A stretch of 64,000 nt of DNA from an uncultured delta proteobacterium (GCA_963778655.1 CAVZVA010000010.1:1408001-1472000), one strand, 5' to 3'. Positions 51,377 to 61,964 are shown, counted from the stretch's first letter. The notes: generated by a model not told the origin, from the letters alone. Numbers and translations are program-made.

Positions 51377-52258
51377 TCAGCCGCATGTGGCCCGCCATGC
51401 GTCGAACGACGCGTGCTTGAACGTGACCGGGATCCCGAGCGCCTGGGCCTGGGCGCAAACCGCGTCCTGCTGGCCCTCGGTTTCCAGGTCGAAGACCGCC
51501 TTGTGCTGCATCTGGAACGGCGCCAGCGCGTCGCAGCGCGTGCCGGCGATGCAACCGATCGTCAGCGCCCAGTCGAAGGCGTCGGTCGCGTCCGGCCCCA
51601 GCTCGAAGTCGCCTGAGAGCCCGACGCTCAAGCCGCGCGCGTGCGCGGCCGCCGCGACAAACAGGTCGTACTGCAGCTCGTCTGCGCTGGTCAGCGCAAA
51701 GCCGCTGGCTTGCGCGTAGGCGCCGAGCGTGGAGGCGAAGACGCCGTCGAAGCCCTTGCTCAGCGCGCGATCGAAGCGCGCCGCGATCGCCTGGCGGACT
51801 GCCGCGTTGCGAACGTCGAGCCAGGACTCGTCCGGGTAGGCGCCCAAGGGCATGCCGATGGCCGATGGTGGAAAGCTCGACGCGTCGTCGCGCCAGGGCT
51901 CGAAGGAGCCCACGCTCACGTACGCGATGACCGTGCGGCCCTGAGCGTGGAGCGCGGCCACATCCTGTGCGCTGGCGTCGAACAGGTCGGCGACGAACAG
52001 GGCCGCATCGACGCCGAGATCGAGCTTGCCCGTGATCTGATACTGCAAGCTACTTCCCGGCTGCACCGCCGCCACGGCGCCGGTGTCGCGCGCCGCCGCG
52101 TCTTTCCCCGGGCCGGCATCCTGCGCGGTCGAACGGACCAGCAAGGCGCCCTCGCTCGCGCCGCAGCCCAAGCACCACGCTGTCAGCCCCGCCAACAACG
52201 CGCAATCCCGGCTGCTGATGACGGCGGACGCGCGCGAGAGGGGTAGGGCGAACAACAC
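51377..52258 (-). CDS. GH114 (endo-alpha-1,4-polygalactosaminidase)-like lipoprotein, apparently catalytically degenerate
   Basis: LQYQI, DLFD, YVSVGSFEPWRDDA, ESWLDVR, KGFDGV, AHARGLSVGL; CLG-C lipobox. Confidence 0.8.
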   Translation of the reverse strand: MLFALPLSRASAVISSRDCALLAGLTAWCLGCGASEGALLVRSTAQDAGPGKDAAARDTGAVAAVQPGSSLQYQITGKLDLGVDAALFVADLFDASAQDVAALHAQGRTVIAYVSVGSFEPWRDDASSFPPSAIGMPLGAYPDESWLDVRNAAVRQAIAARFDRALSKGFDGVFASTLGAYAQASGFALTSADELQYDLFVAAAAHARGLSVGLSGDFELGPDATDAFDWALTIGCIAGTRCDALAPFQMQHKAVFDLETEGQQDAVCAQAQALGIPVTFKHASFDAWRATCG

Positions 52259-52262
52259 CTGA

Positions 52263-53813
52263 TCAACCGCTGGTGAGCTCGGACAGCGGATGGGTCCCGT
52301 AGGGAGTGGTGCCATCGACACTGCCGAACGTGGTCATGTTCATGCCGAACGCCTGCATGATCGAAATGTACAGGTTGGCCAGGGGCATGTCACCGCGTCG
52401 CGCGGTCTCGACCGCGCCCGCGCCCCGATCGGGTGTGCTCGGGTAGGCGATGTGACGGCCGGTCTTGAACAGGCCGCCCGCGCTGCCGGCGACCAGCATG
52501 GGCAGGTCGTAGTGATAGTGATTGTCGCCGTCTCCGAATTCGCTGGTGAAGAGAATGATGCAGTTGTCGAGCACCGAGCTGCCGTCGGCGTCGGTCATCG
52601 CCGCCAGCTTGCCCAGCAGGTACGCGAGCTGCTCGGCGTAGAAGGTGTTGACCTTCTGGATCCCGTCGAGCTTGGTGGGATTTCCGCCGTGGTGCGAGAT
52701 CTCGTCGTGGTAGTTCGAGGAGTTGACGCCGATGAACGCGTAGTTGGTCTGGGTGTTGAGGGGGATCTCGCTCATGAAGGTGATCACGCGCGTGAGGTCG
52801 CACTGGCACGCAAAGGCGATCAAGTCGTTCATCACCTGGAGCACGTCCGGATATTGATAGACGTTCTTGGAGCGATCGCTGCCGAGATAGGTGCCGTCCT
52901 GGGGCGCCGGGATGGCCTGGCACGAGGTAGCCGCCATCGGTACGCCGGCCGTCGTCCCCGTGCCGGAGGCGTCCGGGGTCATGGCCTGCACCCGGCGCTC
53001 GAGCTCGTCGACCGAGGCCAGATAGTCGTCGAGCTTGTCTCGGTCGGACTGGCCGAGGTTCTTCTTCAGATCCGTGATGTCGCCGAGCACCAGATCGAGG
53101 ATGCTTTTCTGGTAGCGGGTGGCTTTGTCGACGCTCGCTGCCGGCGCGCCGGTCACGGCCGGGGTGGTGCTCGTGCCTGCGCTCGCGGGCATGGGCAATC
53201 CCCCGGTGGTCAGGCGATCGAACACCGCCTTGGGGTTGGTTTCCTTGGGGAGAAAGGTGGTCGGCCCGGCCCACGCCAGGTTGGTGAGATACGCGCAGCT
53301 GTAGCCGTCCTCGCAGTTGCCCGTGGCGCCCGCGTAGACGGCGCCGATCTCCAGCGAAGGCAGTCGCAGGCCGGGCACCTGCTGCTTCAACATGTTCGCG
53401 ATCACCTGGTCGACCGAAATCCCATTCTTGATGTTGTTGCCGGAGGTGAAGGTGAGCGGCATCTGCGTCAACATGGCGCCGGTGGCCCGCGCGTGGGAGC
53501 CCGCGAAGACGTCGCCGCTCACCACGCTCGCAGGGGTGTTGGCGAGCCCGCTGATCAGATTGAAGCGATCGCGGTAGGCTTCGAGCGGCTTGAGAATCGG
53601 CGTGGTCGTGTACGCGGCGCCCGTCTCCGCGGGTGTCCATGCATCCATGCGCACGCCATCGGGCAGCGTCCAGACGATGAAGCGCAACGGCTTGCCCGCG
53701 GCAGACTGCTGCGCGCGCCCGCGCGCGGGCAGCATCGCCTCGAGCCAGGGCAGCGCCAGGCACGCGCCGCTGCCGCGCAAGAACGTGCGCCGTGAAAGCC
53801 GAAAGTTCCTCAT
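52263..53813 (-). CDS. DUF1552 domain protein (Tat-exported)
   Basis: SRRTFLRG, LALPWLEAM, SVDQ, CDLTRV, YHDEISHH, SEFGDG, GRHI. Confidence 0.88.
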   Translation of the reverse strand: MRNFRLSRRTFLRGSGACLALPWLEAMLPARGRAQQSAAGKPLRFIVWTLPDGVRMDAWTPAETGAAYTTTPILKPLEAYRDRFNLISGLANTPASVVSGDVFAGSHARATGAMLTQMPLTFTSGNNIKNGISVDQVIANMLKQQVPGLRLPSLEIGAVYAGATGNCEDGYSCAYLTNLAWAGPTTFLPKETNPKAVFDRLTTGGLPMPASAGTSTTPAVTGAPAASVDKATRYQKSILDLVLGDITDLKKNLGQSDRDKLDDYLASVDELERRVQAMTPDASGTGTTAGVPMAATSCQAIPAPQDGTYLGSDRSKNVYQYPDVLQVMNDLIAFACQCDLTRVITFMSEIPLNTQTNYAFIGVNSSNYHDEISHHGGNPTKLDGIQKVNTFYAEQLAYLLGKLAAMTDADGSSVLDNCIILFTSEFGDGDNHYHYDLPMLVAGSAGGLFKTGRHIAYPSTPDRGAGAVETARRGDMPLANLYISIMQAFGMNMTTFGSVDGTTPYGTHPLSELTSG

Positions 53814-53880
53814 CTCGAAGGTCCTTCTCCGCAGCGCCGACGCGATCCGTCCGGCCTTGCCTTCGCACGCGGGCCCGCAG

Positions 53881-55620
53881 TCATTCTCCGACTCGCATGG
53901 TCATCAGTGGGCTCTGTGCGATCAGCGCGACCAGACGCGACAGCGTGGGCTCGCCGCTCATCAAGCGCGCCTCGATGTCGGCCAGCCCCGCCGTGTCGTC
54001 GATGTCGTCACCCGGCTGCGGGCTCAAGCGCAGGCCACGGCCCAGCGCGTAGGTGAGAAACTTGCGGACGATGCAGTCGATGAAGCGCGGGTCGCTTTTG
54101 AGCGCGTTGGCCAGGCTGATCGCGCCGTCGAAGGGGGCGTTGCTGAAGGGGACTTCCCCGCTGGCGTCGATCGCCGCCCCCAGGTCGGTGTCGCGAAAGT
54201 GGCCCACCGCATCGTAGTGCTCGAACCCGAGCCCGAGCGGATCCATGAACTGGTGGCAGCCGTTGCAAGTGGTGCCCTTGCGCCGGTGAGCCTCGAGCCG
54301 ATTGCGGGTGCTGGTCGGCATGGTCTGGTCGTTGGGCACCAGCTCGGGGATCTTGGGCGGCGGCGGCGGGATGACCACGCACAGCAGGTTTTCCGACACC
54401 CACTTGCCGCGACGCGTGGGCGAGGTGCGATCGCGCTGCGACTGCACCGTGAGAAAATTGGCTTCGGTCAGCACGCCCGCGGCCCGGGCGCTGTCGGCGG
54501 CCACCGGAAGCTTCTGCAGCGCCGTGCCCAGGGCGCTCGCATTGGGCAGGCCGTAGTGGCTGGCCAGGCGTTGATTGGCGAACATGAAGTCCGCGCCCAG
54601 CAGATCGGTGAGCGGATGGTTGCCCTTGAGCAGCTCCTCGAGGAACAGCCTGGCCTCCTCGCCCATGGCCGAGCGCAGGGCGTCGTCGAAGCTCACATCC
54701 ATGAGCGTGATCTCCTTGACCGCGAGCTCTCGCGTACCCAGCCACTCGCCGGCGAGGTTCTGCGTGAACGCGGCGGCCTTGGGGTCCTGCACCATGCGGG
54801 TGATCTGAGCCTGCAGCTCCTGCGGGTCGTGCAGCGTCTGGGCAGCCGCGCGCGCAAACAGCTCGGCGTCCGGCATGCTGCTCCACAGAAAATACGACAG
54901 GCGCGCCGCCAGCTCGTAGTCGGAGAGCGGCGCCAGCTTGCCCGGACCGGGGTCGGTCTCGGTACGGAACAAGAACTTCGGCGAGAGCAACATCGCCTGC
55001 AGCGCCATGGCGATGGCCTGCTCGAAACCGTCGCCCACCGCCGCCGCGGTCTGCAACATGCTCAGATAGGGGGCGATCTCGCTCGGCATGACCGGACGGC
55101 GGAACGCGCGCGTGGCAAAGTTGGTCAGGATTTGGCTTGCGCACGCGTCCGGGGTGCTCGCCCCCGGATCGCAGATCATGATGCGCGCCCGCACCACTGC
55201 GTTGCCGGGCGAGGCGTCCAGCGCGCTCGACACGATTGCGTCCGCCGCGAGCTGGTATTTCTCCAGCAGCAAGGGCGAGGAAGCCAGCGACTCCGCGTTG
55301 TTGTCGAAGCCCTCGACGTAGTTGTCGTCGGGAAAGCCGAACTGACTGGAAGGCTTGAGATCGAGGCCGATCAGGTCGCGGATCGTGTTGTCGTACTCGA
55401 CCTTGTTCAGGCGGTGGGCGACCACCCGCCCGGGATTGATCGGGCCGGCGCTGCCCTGCGGGATTGCCCCGGCCGGGAGCGGCGCGCCGGCGGCGCTGCC
55501 GGCAGCGCCCACTGCGGCGGCGGGGCCGGCTCCGAGCGTCGGGCGGCCGCCGTCGACCGCTGCAGTGCACGCTGCCAGCGCCAGCGAGGCTATCCAGGCA
55601 AGGGATAGGGTTACGCGCAT
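53881..55620 (-). CDS. DUF1587/1595/1592/1588/1585 lipoprotein with CxxCH
   Basis: RLNKVEYDNTIRDL, RAFRRP, LSPKFLFR, LSYFLWSSMPD, TSPTRRG, CNGCH, YALGR. Confidence 0.9.
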   Translation of the reverse strand: MRVTLSLAWIASLALAACTAAVDGGRPTLGAGPAAAVGAAGSAAGAPLPAGAIPQGSAGPINPGRVVAHRLNKVEYDNTIRDLIGLDLKPSSQFGFPDDNYVEGFDNNAESLASSPLLLEKYQLAADAIVSSALDASPGNAVVRARIMICDPGASTPDACASQILTNFATRAFRRPVMPSEIAPYLSMLQTAAAVGDGFEQAIAMALQAMLLSPKFLFRTETDPGPGKLAPLSDYELAARLSYFLWSSMPDAELFARAAAQTLHDPQELQAQITRMVQDPKAAAFTQNLAGEWLGTRELAVKEITLMDVSFDDALRSAMGEEARLFLEELLKGNHPLTDLLGADFMFANQRLASHYGLPNASALGTALQKLPVAADSARAAGVLTEANFLTVQSQRDRTSPTRRGKWVSENLLCVVIPPPPPKIPELVPNDQTMPTSTRNRLEAHRRKGTTCNGCHQFMDPLGLGFEHYDAVGHFRDTDLGAAIDASGEVPFSNAPFDGAISLANALKSDPRFIDCIVRKFLTYALGRGLRLSPQPGDDIDDTAGLADIEARLMSGEPTLSRLVALIAQSPLMTMRVGE

Positions 55621-55709
55621 CGTCCGCTCCTGTCCCCTGCATCAGTGGCGAGGAGCGGCCGAAAAGTGGTCATCCGGGCGGCGCCGGTAGGGACCCGGAC
55701 CTGCCTCAG

Positions 55710-56501
55710 CTATGCGTTCACGCTCGCCGCGGGGTCTTGGCGGTAGAAGTCCCGCAGCACGCCGTACAGCTCGGTGTGGCCTTCGCGCAGCGCTTGCGGT
55801 TGGTCGAAGAAGTGCTCGGTCGCGACCGCGAAGAACTCGCTGGGGTTGTTGCCCGCGTATGGATCGAGGAACGTGGGCTCGCCGCGCTCGATGCGGGCGC
55901 GCAGCGCTTCGTACTCGCGGGTGCATACCCGGTTCCAGCGCGCGTACTCGGCGCGGCTCGAGAGCGGCGGCGTGCCGTCGCTGTGGCCGTCGGCCATGTC
56001 GAGCTTGTGCGCGAACTCGTGGTACACGACATTGTGCCCGTGCTCGGGGTGGATGCCGCCGCGCCGCACCGCGTCCCAGGTCAAGATGACGGGACCGTGC
56101 CCGTGCGCTTCGCCGAGCACGGGCACGACTGGGTCGACGATCTGCATCGGTCCGAAGATCGACGGACCCACGCGCTTGGGGATCACCGTCGACGGGTACA
56201 CCAGGATGCTCTGCACGTTGCGGTACAATCCGCTGCGCTCCGGCTCGCCCGTGAAGCCGAGCAGCAGCAGACACGCCTGACCGGCGATCGTGACGCGGAT
56301 CTCGTCACTGAGCACGAGGCCGCCCAGCCCTTCCCAGTGCTTCTCGGCGACGAAGAGCTGAACCAACTGCTCGAGGCGAGCTCGTTCGGCAGGCGGCAGG
56401 CGGGCGTAGTGCGCCATGCGCGCGCGGAGCCATTCGCGCCAGGCCGGAGGAAACGGCCGGGCGAGGATGCGCCGGCGCCGGAAGCGTCGCCACGGGAGCA
56501 C
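55710..56501 (-). CDS. Zinc-dependent peptidase, M90/MtfA family
   Basis: IAGQACLL, ILVYP, GEA, NVVYHEFAHKLD, YAGNNPSEFFAVATE. Confidence 0.9.
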   Translation of the reverse strand: MLPWRRFRRRRILARPFPPAWREWLRARMAHYARLPPAERARLEQLVQLFVAEKHWEGLGGLVLSDEIRVTIAGQACLLLLGFTGEPERSGLYRNVQSILVYPSTVIPKRVGPSIFGPMQIVDPVVPVLGEAHGHGPVILTWDAVRRGGIHPEHGHNVVYHEFAHKLDMADGHSDGTPPLSSRAEYARWNRVCTREYEALRARIERGEPTFLDPYAGNNPSEFFAVATEHFFDQPQALREGHTELYGVLRDFYRQDPAASVNA

Positions 56502-56565
56502 GAGCGCAGCATAGGCGAGATGCCCGCCGGCCGCCCGTGCGCGCCGGCCGGCGACGGCCTGCGCT

Positions 56566-57976
56566 TCAGCCGCCGCCCTGCATGCACATCGCCGATTCGT
56601 CAGGGGTGAAGGCTTCTTCCGGCTGCGGCGATTCGAGGTAGCTCTCGAGGGGCTGGCTCGGGTCGAGCAGTTGGGCGGTGAAGTCTCGCAGGTCGAGGTT
56701 GTCTTCGGCGATGTCGCTGCCCAGCCAAGGGTCGTTCAAGATGGTGGAGGTGTCGTGGTCGACCGGCGGGATCGATACACAGTGGCTGCAGTTGTCGTGT
56801 CGAAAATAGGGGATGTAGTAGGCGAGGTTCGAGCGCGTGTCGTAGGTCTTGAGCAGCGCCTGCACGTCCTGCCACCACATCGCGTGGATCTCGTCTTCAG
56901 TCGAACCCGGAAAGAACCGCTGGTACGAGTACAGCGAGTAGTTCAGGTCCATGCGGTAGAGCGTGAGGCCGATGCGGTCGTGAGGGTACAGATCTGCCAC
57001 CGCCGTGTTGAGCAGGCCGAAGTCCTGCTTCAAGTCCGCACTCGAGACCGGCAGCTTGCCGTCGAGGCTGTCGAGCAGTGGATCGAGGTTCCACACGCGG
57101 CGAATCGTCTCGTGCAGCTGCTTCGAGGGTCCGTCGCTGATGAAAGGCCGGGCCCGAGTCGTCGAGCAAGTAGCCGCACTGGACTCCGGGAAGCCCCTCG
57201 CGGATGAAGTAGTAGTTTTGTAGAGCGCCGATGCCGCCGGCGCTGCATCCGGTCACGAGCAGGCGCGGCACGGTCTTGAATGTGTCGTTGAGCCACTCGA
57301 TGACCTTGAGCACGTCGGCATGGCCGGCGTGTCGATAGACGATCGAGTCGCCCGTGTCGGGATCGGTGTAGGTCGCGACGTTGTTGCCGGTATGCACGTC
57401 TCCCGTGCAATACGACACCAACACCATGTTCCAGTCCTGCACCGGATTCTGGTCGTTCCTGCGCAACAGATTCAGGTACTGGAGGTTGCTCATGTGGTCG
57501 TCGGGAATGCCGTCCGGGTTCGCGGCGCCGCGGACTCCGCCCTTGCCGGTGCAGCTCGCATAGTCCCAGCATGCCCCGCCCGGCTCGAACATGACCACGA
57601 GGTCGTTGCTCTTGTTCGAGTAGTTGACGAAGAACTTGTACTGGCTGCCATTGCTGCAGACCGCGCCCTCCGGCTCGACCTTGATCCACTGGCCGCAGGG
57701 CGGCAGCGACGAGGCATCGGTCGCTTCGGTGGAGCAGCGGTCACTGGGCACCGGTGCGCTCGTATCGGGAACGCACGCGCTGCGGTCGGCGCCGGCGTCC
57801 TTCGAGCCCGCGTCCTTCGTCGAAGCATCGGTGTTCGCGGAGGCGCTGGTACTGTGGGCGGCGCCGCCGCCGGGGCCCGCGCTGCCGCTGCTGCAGGCTG
57901 CGATCAGGAACACGCCGCAGGCCAGCAACGGCGTGCGACGGCCGATTCTCCGCGAGGATTGCACCAGGGCGCCCAT
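56566..57976 (-). CDS. Pectinacetylesterase-family lipoprotein, interrupted by a +1 frameshift near 57143
   Basis: IAA-C lipobox, CSNGS, GGACW, YCTGDVH, GCSAGG, DDSGP; removing one A from AAA at 57143-57145 joins the two ORFs. Confidence 0.8.
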
Positions 57977-58087
57977 GGCAAGCGCCCGACGATAGCGCAG
58001 CAGCACCACGGCCCACAATCGGCGATCGCCCGTTTGGCAAAAAGCGCACCAAGCGCAGGCCTTATGCCGCCGTCGCGAGCGGCAGCT

Positions 58088-58387
58088 CTAGGGAGTTGGC
58101 GCGACTCCCTTCGCATTGTCCGGTGAGCCGATTGAACACGAGGCCGACGCCGCAAGTGATGCCGCCGGTGCAAGATTCGCAGAGCTTGGCTGGCTGCACG
58201 CAGCTGCCGGGCGTGCCAGTGCAGCTGAGCGGGACTTCGCACCCGCCCGGCCCGTGCCCGAGGTGAAGACGATGCCGGTCTCGGTCAAGTCGCGCAGCAG
58301 GCCGCGCAACCCGCCCGAGGTCGCCAGCTGTGCGATCAGCACGGTCGTCTGCCGCACGATGCCGTCGATCAATAGTTGAGCCTGCAC
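58088..58387 (-). pseudogene. Chimeric gene remnant (internally deleted myxobacterial protein joined to a Cys-rich fragment)
   Basis: LLIDGIVRQTTVLIAQLATSGGLR joined directly to GLLRDLTETGIVFTSG, then CEVPLSCTGTPGSC...C in another frame. Confidence 0.5.
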
Positions 58388-58664
58388 GGACGAAAGCTAC
58401 CCCGCGCCGGGCGCTGCAGGGAGCGACAGAAACGCCACCGGTCCCCCCTACCGGCCGCTACAGGCCGCTCCTTCCTTCAATGGTTGCGCGGATTTCTGCC
58501 GCCAGGCGGGAAGGCTGCAACCGCGAGGACCTCGCGGCGCGCAGGGCCGTTCGGGCCGATGATGCTGGGCCGTCCGCCCGCAGCCCCCCGCCGCGCAACC
58601 CCGAGACCGTCCTCGACCCGCGCGGTCGGGGTGCACGCCGGGCCTGCTTTTTGTAGGCTGCGCA

Positions 58665-60122
58665 GTGGTGAGTGTTGGGACACGGCGTCATGCGTGGTGC
58701 TGGGCGCTGCTGCTCGTTGCGAGCGCGTGCAGCGAGCCTGGGTCGGGGGACCCGTCTGCGCGCCGCGCGCAAGACGCTGCCGGCGCCGCCGCGCAAATCG
58801 CCTATACGCTGCCGGCGTTGTGCGACCGCTCCGGCGACGATCCCGTGCGCGATCTGTTTTGCAGCGATGCGGCCGCGAGCGTCACCAGCTTCGCCGAGCT
58901 CAGACGCAGGCTGCACGTTACGGCGGGCATGCTGCTCGGCCATTCCACCGCGCTCAGTGGCCGCTTCGTCTCCTCGATCAATCCGCGCGTGGTCGTGACC
59001 ACCGAGGGCGACCTCTCCCCAGGGACAACCGACTACGTGGCGCTCGCGTTCGTGCGTGGCCAGCAGCGCGTCGAGCTCGCCGCGCTCGACCGCAGCGCGA
59101 AGCGATTCGTGTTCTATCTTTTGGAGTACACCCAGGCGTGCAACGCCAGCACGGACGGCTGCAGCCCGGGCGACCTGTTCACGCCGGTGGTGGAGGCGGG
59201 CTGGACAGGGCTGCGCGTGCGCGACGACGAGGAGCTCAAGGACACGCCCGTCGATTGCCGGCGCTGTCACGGCGGAGGTCAGGGCAAGCAGCGCGTGCCG
59301 ATGTTGCTGATGCGCGAGCTCGACGGGCCGTGGATGCACTGGATGTGGTCCTCGATACCGCTGCTGGCCGACTACACACTGGCCAAGGGCAACCGCGCGC
59401 ACCCGAGCACCAAGCTGACCGAAGCCGACGGCTCCGTCACGCTGCTGAACGCCCGCAATCCCCTGATCCTCGAGACCGCGATTCACGAAGCCGAGCGCGT
59501 GCTCGGACAGCCGATTCAGCCGCTGCTGTTTCCGAGCGACGCGATTGGGGTCGAGACGCAGCAATACGTCGGCGGGCAGGAGTTCGGACCGGGAGTCGAC
59601 GACGTCGAGCTGGCGCCCAGCCCGACCTGGCAGAAGCTATACCAGGCGTACCTCGACGGAACCTCGCCGGCGCCGCCCTATCATCACGATCGCATCGCCG
59701 ATCCGGGCAAGCTCGCGGCGGCGGCCGAAGCCTATCAGCGCTTCCTCAACGGAGAGCTGGCCAGAGACGAGCTGCCGGACCTCACGCAGATCTTGCCGGA
59801 CGACCCGCAGCGCTTGGCCGAGATGAGCTTCGGCGTCGATCCGCGCGCATCGGGGCACGGGCTGCTGCTTCAGGCGTGCGGCGAGTGCCACAACCACAAC
59901 CTGGACCCGACCGTGAGCCGTGCCCGCTTCAGCGCCGATGCGACGCGCATCGATCCGGGCGAGCTGCGCACGGCGATCGAGCGCGTGCAGCTGCCGCCGG
60001 GCGATCCGATGCGGATGCCGCCCGCGGACGGGCGCATGCTCGATGACGCCACGCGCGAGAAGCTGATCGCCTATCTGGAGTCGCTCGGCCCGGCGCCCGC
60101 CGACGCCGACGCCGGCATGTGA
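58665..60122 (+). CDS. Lipoprotein with two CxxCH motifs (putative di-heme cytochrome c)
   Basis: VASA-C lipobox, CRRCH, CGECH, C-terminal RMPP. Confidence 0.7.
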   Translation: MVSVGTRRHAWCWALLLVASACSEPGSGDPSARRAQDAAGAAAQIAYTLPALCDRSGDDPVRDLFCSDAAASVTSFAELRRRLHVTAGMLLGHSTALSGRFVSSINPRVVVTTEGDLSPGTTDYVALAFVRGQQRVELAALDRSAKRFVFYLLEYTQACNASTDGCSPGDLFTPVVEAGWTGLRVRDDEELKDTPVDCRRCHGGGQGKQRVPMLLMRELDGPWMHWMWSSIPLLADYTLAKGNRAHPSTKLTEADGSVTLLNARNPLILETAIHEAERVLGQPIQPLLFPSDAIGVETQQYVGGQEFGPGVDDVELAPSPTWQKLYQAYLDGTSPAPPYHHDRIADPGKLAAAAEAYQRFLNGELARDELPDLTQILPDDPQRLAEMSFGVDPRASGHGLLLQACGECHNHNLDPTVSRARFSADATRIDPGELRTAIERVQLPPGDPMRMPPADGRMLDDATREKLIAYLESLGPAPADADAGM

Positions 60123-60185
60123 GGCAGAAACGCTGCGCGCGCGCGCTGCCAGTCAGCAACGAGCCACCGCGGTCGATGCGCGGCC

Positions 60186-61964
60186 TCAGCCCCCGGTGAT
60201 GCGCTCGCGCAACGCGTCGTCGAGCGCCTGCAGCGTGCGCTCCGCGCGCGCGTGCGCGGCCTGCAGCGGCTCGCCTGCGCCTACGGGCTCGCGCACGTCG
60301 AGGTAGAGCTTGAGCTTGGGCTCGGTGCCGCTCGGGCGGATGATGATGCGCTGGCCACCCCGCAGCTCCCACAGCAGCACGTCGCTTTGGGGCAGCTCGA
60401 CCGCGACGCTGGGGGTGCCCTGGCGTGCGCCGCTCTGCAGGTCGAGCGCGGCCTGCAGCGGCAGCCCCGCGAGCTGCTGCGGCGGCTCGGCGCGCGCGGC
60501 CGCCATCAGCGCTTCGCGGCGCTGCTGCCCGCCGGCGCCCTCCAGCCGGATCGAGATCTGCCGGCTCAGGTACACCCCGTGGCGCGCGAACAGCGCATCG
60601 AGCAGGTCGAACAGGGTGCGCTGCTCGGCCTTGAGCCGCGCGGCCAGGCACGCGGCCACCACCGCGCTGCCGATCCCGTCCTTGTCGCGCACCAGCGTGC
60701 CCACCGTGTAGCCGAGTGCCTCCTCGAAGCCCAGCACGAACCGCGCCCCACGCTCGGCCTGCAGCTGCAGCGCGCGGTTGGCGATCCATTTGAAGCCGGT
60801 CAGGGTCGGCTCCCACAGCGCGCCGTGCGCGCGCGCAATCTCGGCGATCATCGGCGTGCTCACGATCGAGCTGATCACCACGCGCGGCCCGGCGCCGCCA
60901 CCGCCGCCGCTGTGCTCGCCCTGGCCGAGCACGTGCTCGGCCAGCAGCACCCCGACGTGGTTGCCGCTGAGCATCCGCAGCGCGCCGCTGCTGTCGCGCG
61001 CCGCCAGCGCGAGGCGGTCGGCGTCCGGGTCGTTGGCCACCACCAGGTCGGCGTCCACGCGCTCGCCGAGCGCGAGCACGCGGTCCATCGCGCCTTTCTC
61101 CTCGGGGTTGGGGAAGGCCACGGTGGGGAAGTCGGGATCGGGCTCGGCCTGCTCGGCCACGCTGTGCAGCTGCTCGAAGCCCGCCTGCGCAAGCGCCGCG
61201 CGCGCGAAGCGCTCGCCCACGCCGTGCAGCGCGGTGTACGCGATGCGCAGGCTGGCGGCGTGCGGGCAGTGCCCCGGCCCCAGCGCGCGCACGCCTTGCA
61301 GGTAGTGCGCCTCGAGCATGTCGCCGAGGGTGGTTTGCAGGCCGCGCGCCAGGCGCTGCGCGGGGCCCACGCGCGGCAGCGCCACCACCGAGCGCACCGC
61401 CGCCATCGCGGCCGCGATCTGCAGGTCGTGCGGCGGGATGATCTGCGCGCCGTTCTCGAAGTACACCTTGTAGCCGTTGTCGCGCGCCGGGTTGTGGCTG
61501 GCCGTGATCATCACCCCGCCGGCTCCCCGCTGCTGCAGCACGGCGAACGCCAGCAGCGGCGTGGGCACCGGGCGCTCGAATACGTGCACCACGAAGCCGG
61601 CGCCCGCGGCCACCGCCAGCGTCTCTTCCGCGAGCTCGCGGCTCATGTGGCGACCGTCGAAGCCGACGCACAGCCCGCGCGCCTGCGCGTCAGGCACCAC
61701 CGCCAGCAGGTGCGCGCACAGCCCGGCGGTCGCACGCGCGACCACAGCGCGATTCATGCGCATCGGCCCCGCGCCCAGCTCGCCGCGCAGCCCGGCGGTG
61801 CCGAATTCGAGCGAGCCGGCGAAGCGCTCGGCCAGCTCGGCGAACGCATCGGCTTCGAGCAGCCGCTCGAGCTCGGCGCGGCACGCCGGGTCCGGGTCGT
61901 CGGCGGCGTAGGCGTGCACCCTGGCCGCAAGCGCCTGTCGGTCCAGCTGGTCTGCGTCGCTCAT
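60186..61964 (-). CDS. Phosphoglucomutase/phosphomannomutase
   Basis: FGTAGLRG, TASHNP, DPDADR, TGFK, FEEALG, RPSGTEPKLK. Confidence 0.95.
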   Translation of the reverse strand: MSDADQLDRQALAARVHAYAADDPDPACRAELERLLEADAFAELAERFAGSLEFGTAGLRGELGAGPMRMNRAVVARATAGLCAHLLAVVPDAQARGLCVGFDGRHMSRELAEETLAVAAGAGFVVHVFERPVPTPLLAFAVLQQRGAGGVMITASHNPARDNGYKVYFENGAQIIPPHDLQIAAAMAAVRSVVALPRVGPAQRLARGLQTTLGDMLEAHYLQGVRALGPGHCPHAASLRIAYTALHGVGERFARAALAQAGFEQLHSVAEQAEPDPDFPTVAFPNPEEKGAMDRVLALGERVDADLVVANDPDADRLALAARDSSGALRMLSGNHVGVLLAEHVLGQGEHSGGGGGAGPRVVISSIVSTPMIAEIARAHGALWEPTLTGFKWIANRALQLQAERGARFVLGFEEALGYTVGTLVRDKDGIGSAVVAACLAARLKAEQRTLFDLLDALFARHGVYLSRQISIRLEGAGGQQRREALMAAARAEPPQQLAGLPLQAALDLQSGARQGTPSVAVELPQSDVLLWELRGGQRIIIRPSGTEPKLKLYLDVREPVGAGEPLQAAHARAERTLQALDDALRERITGG

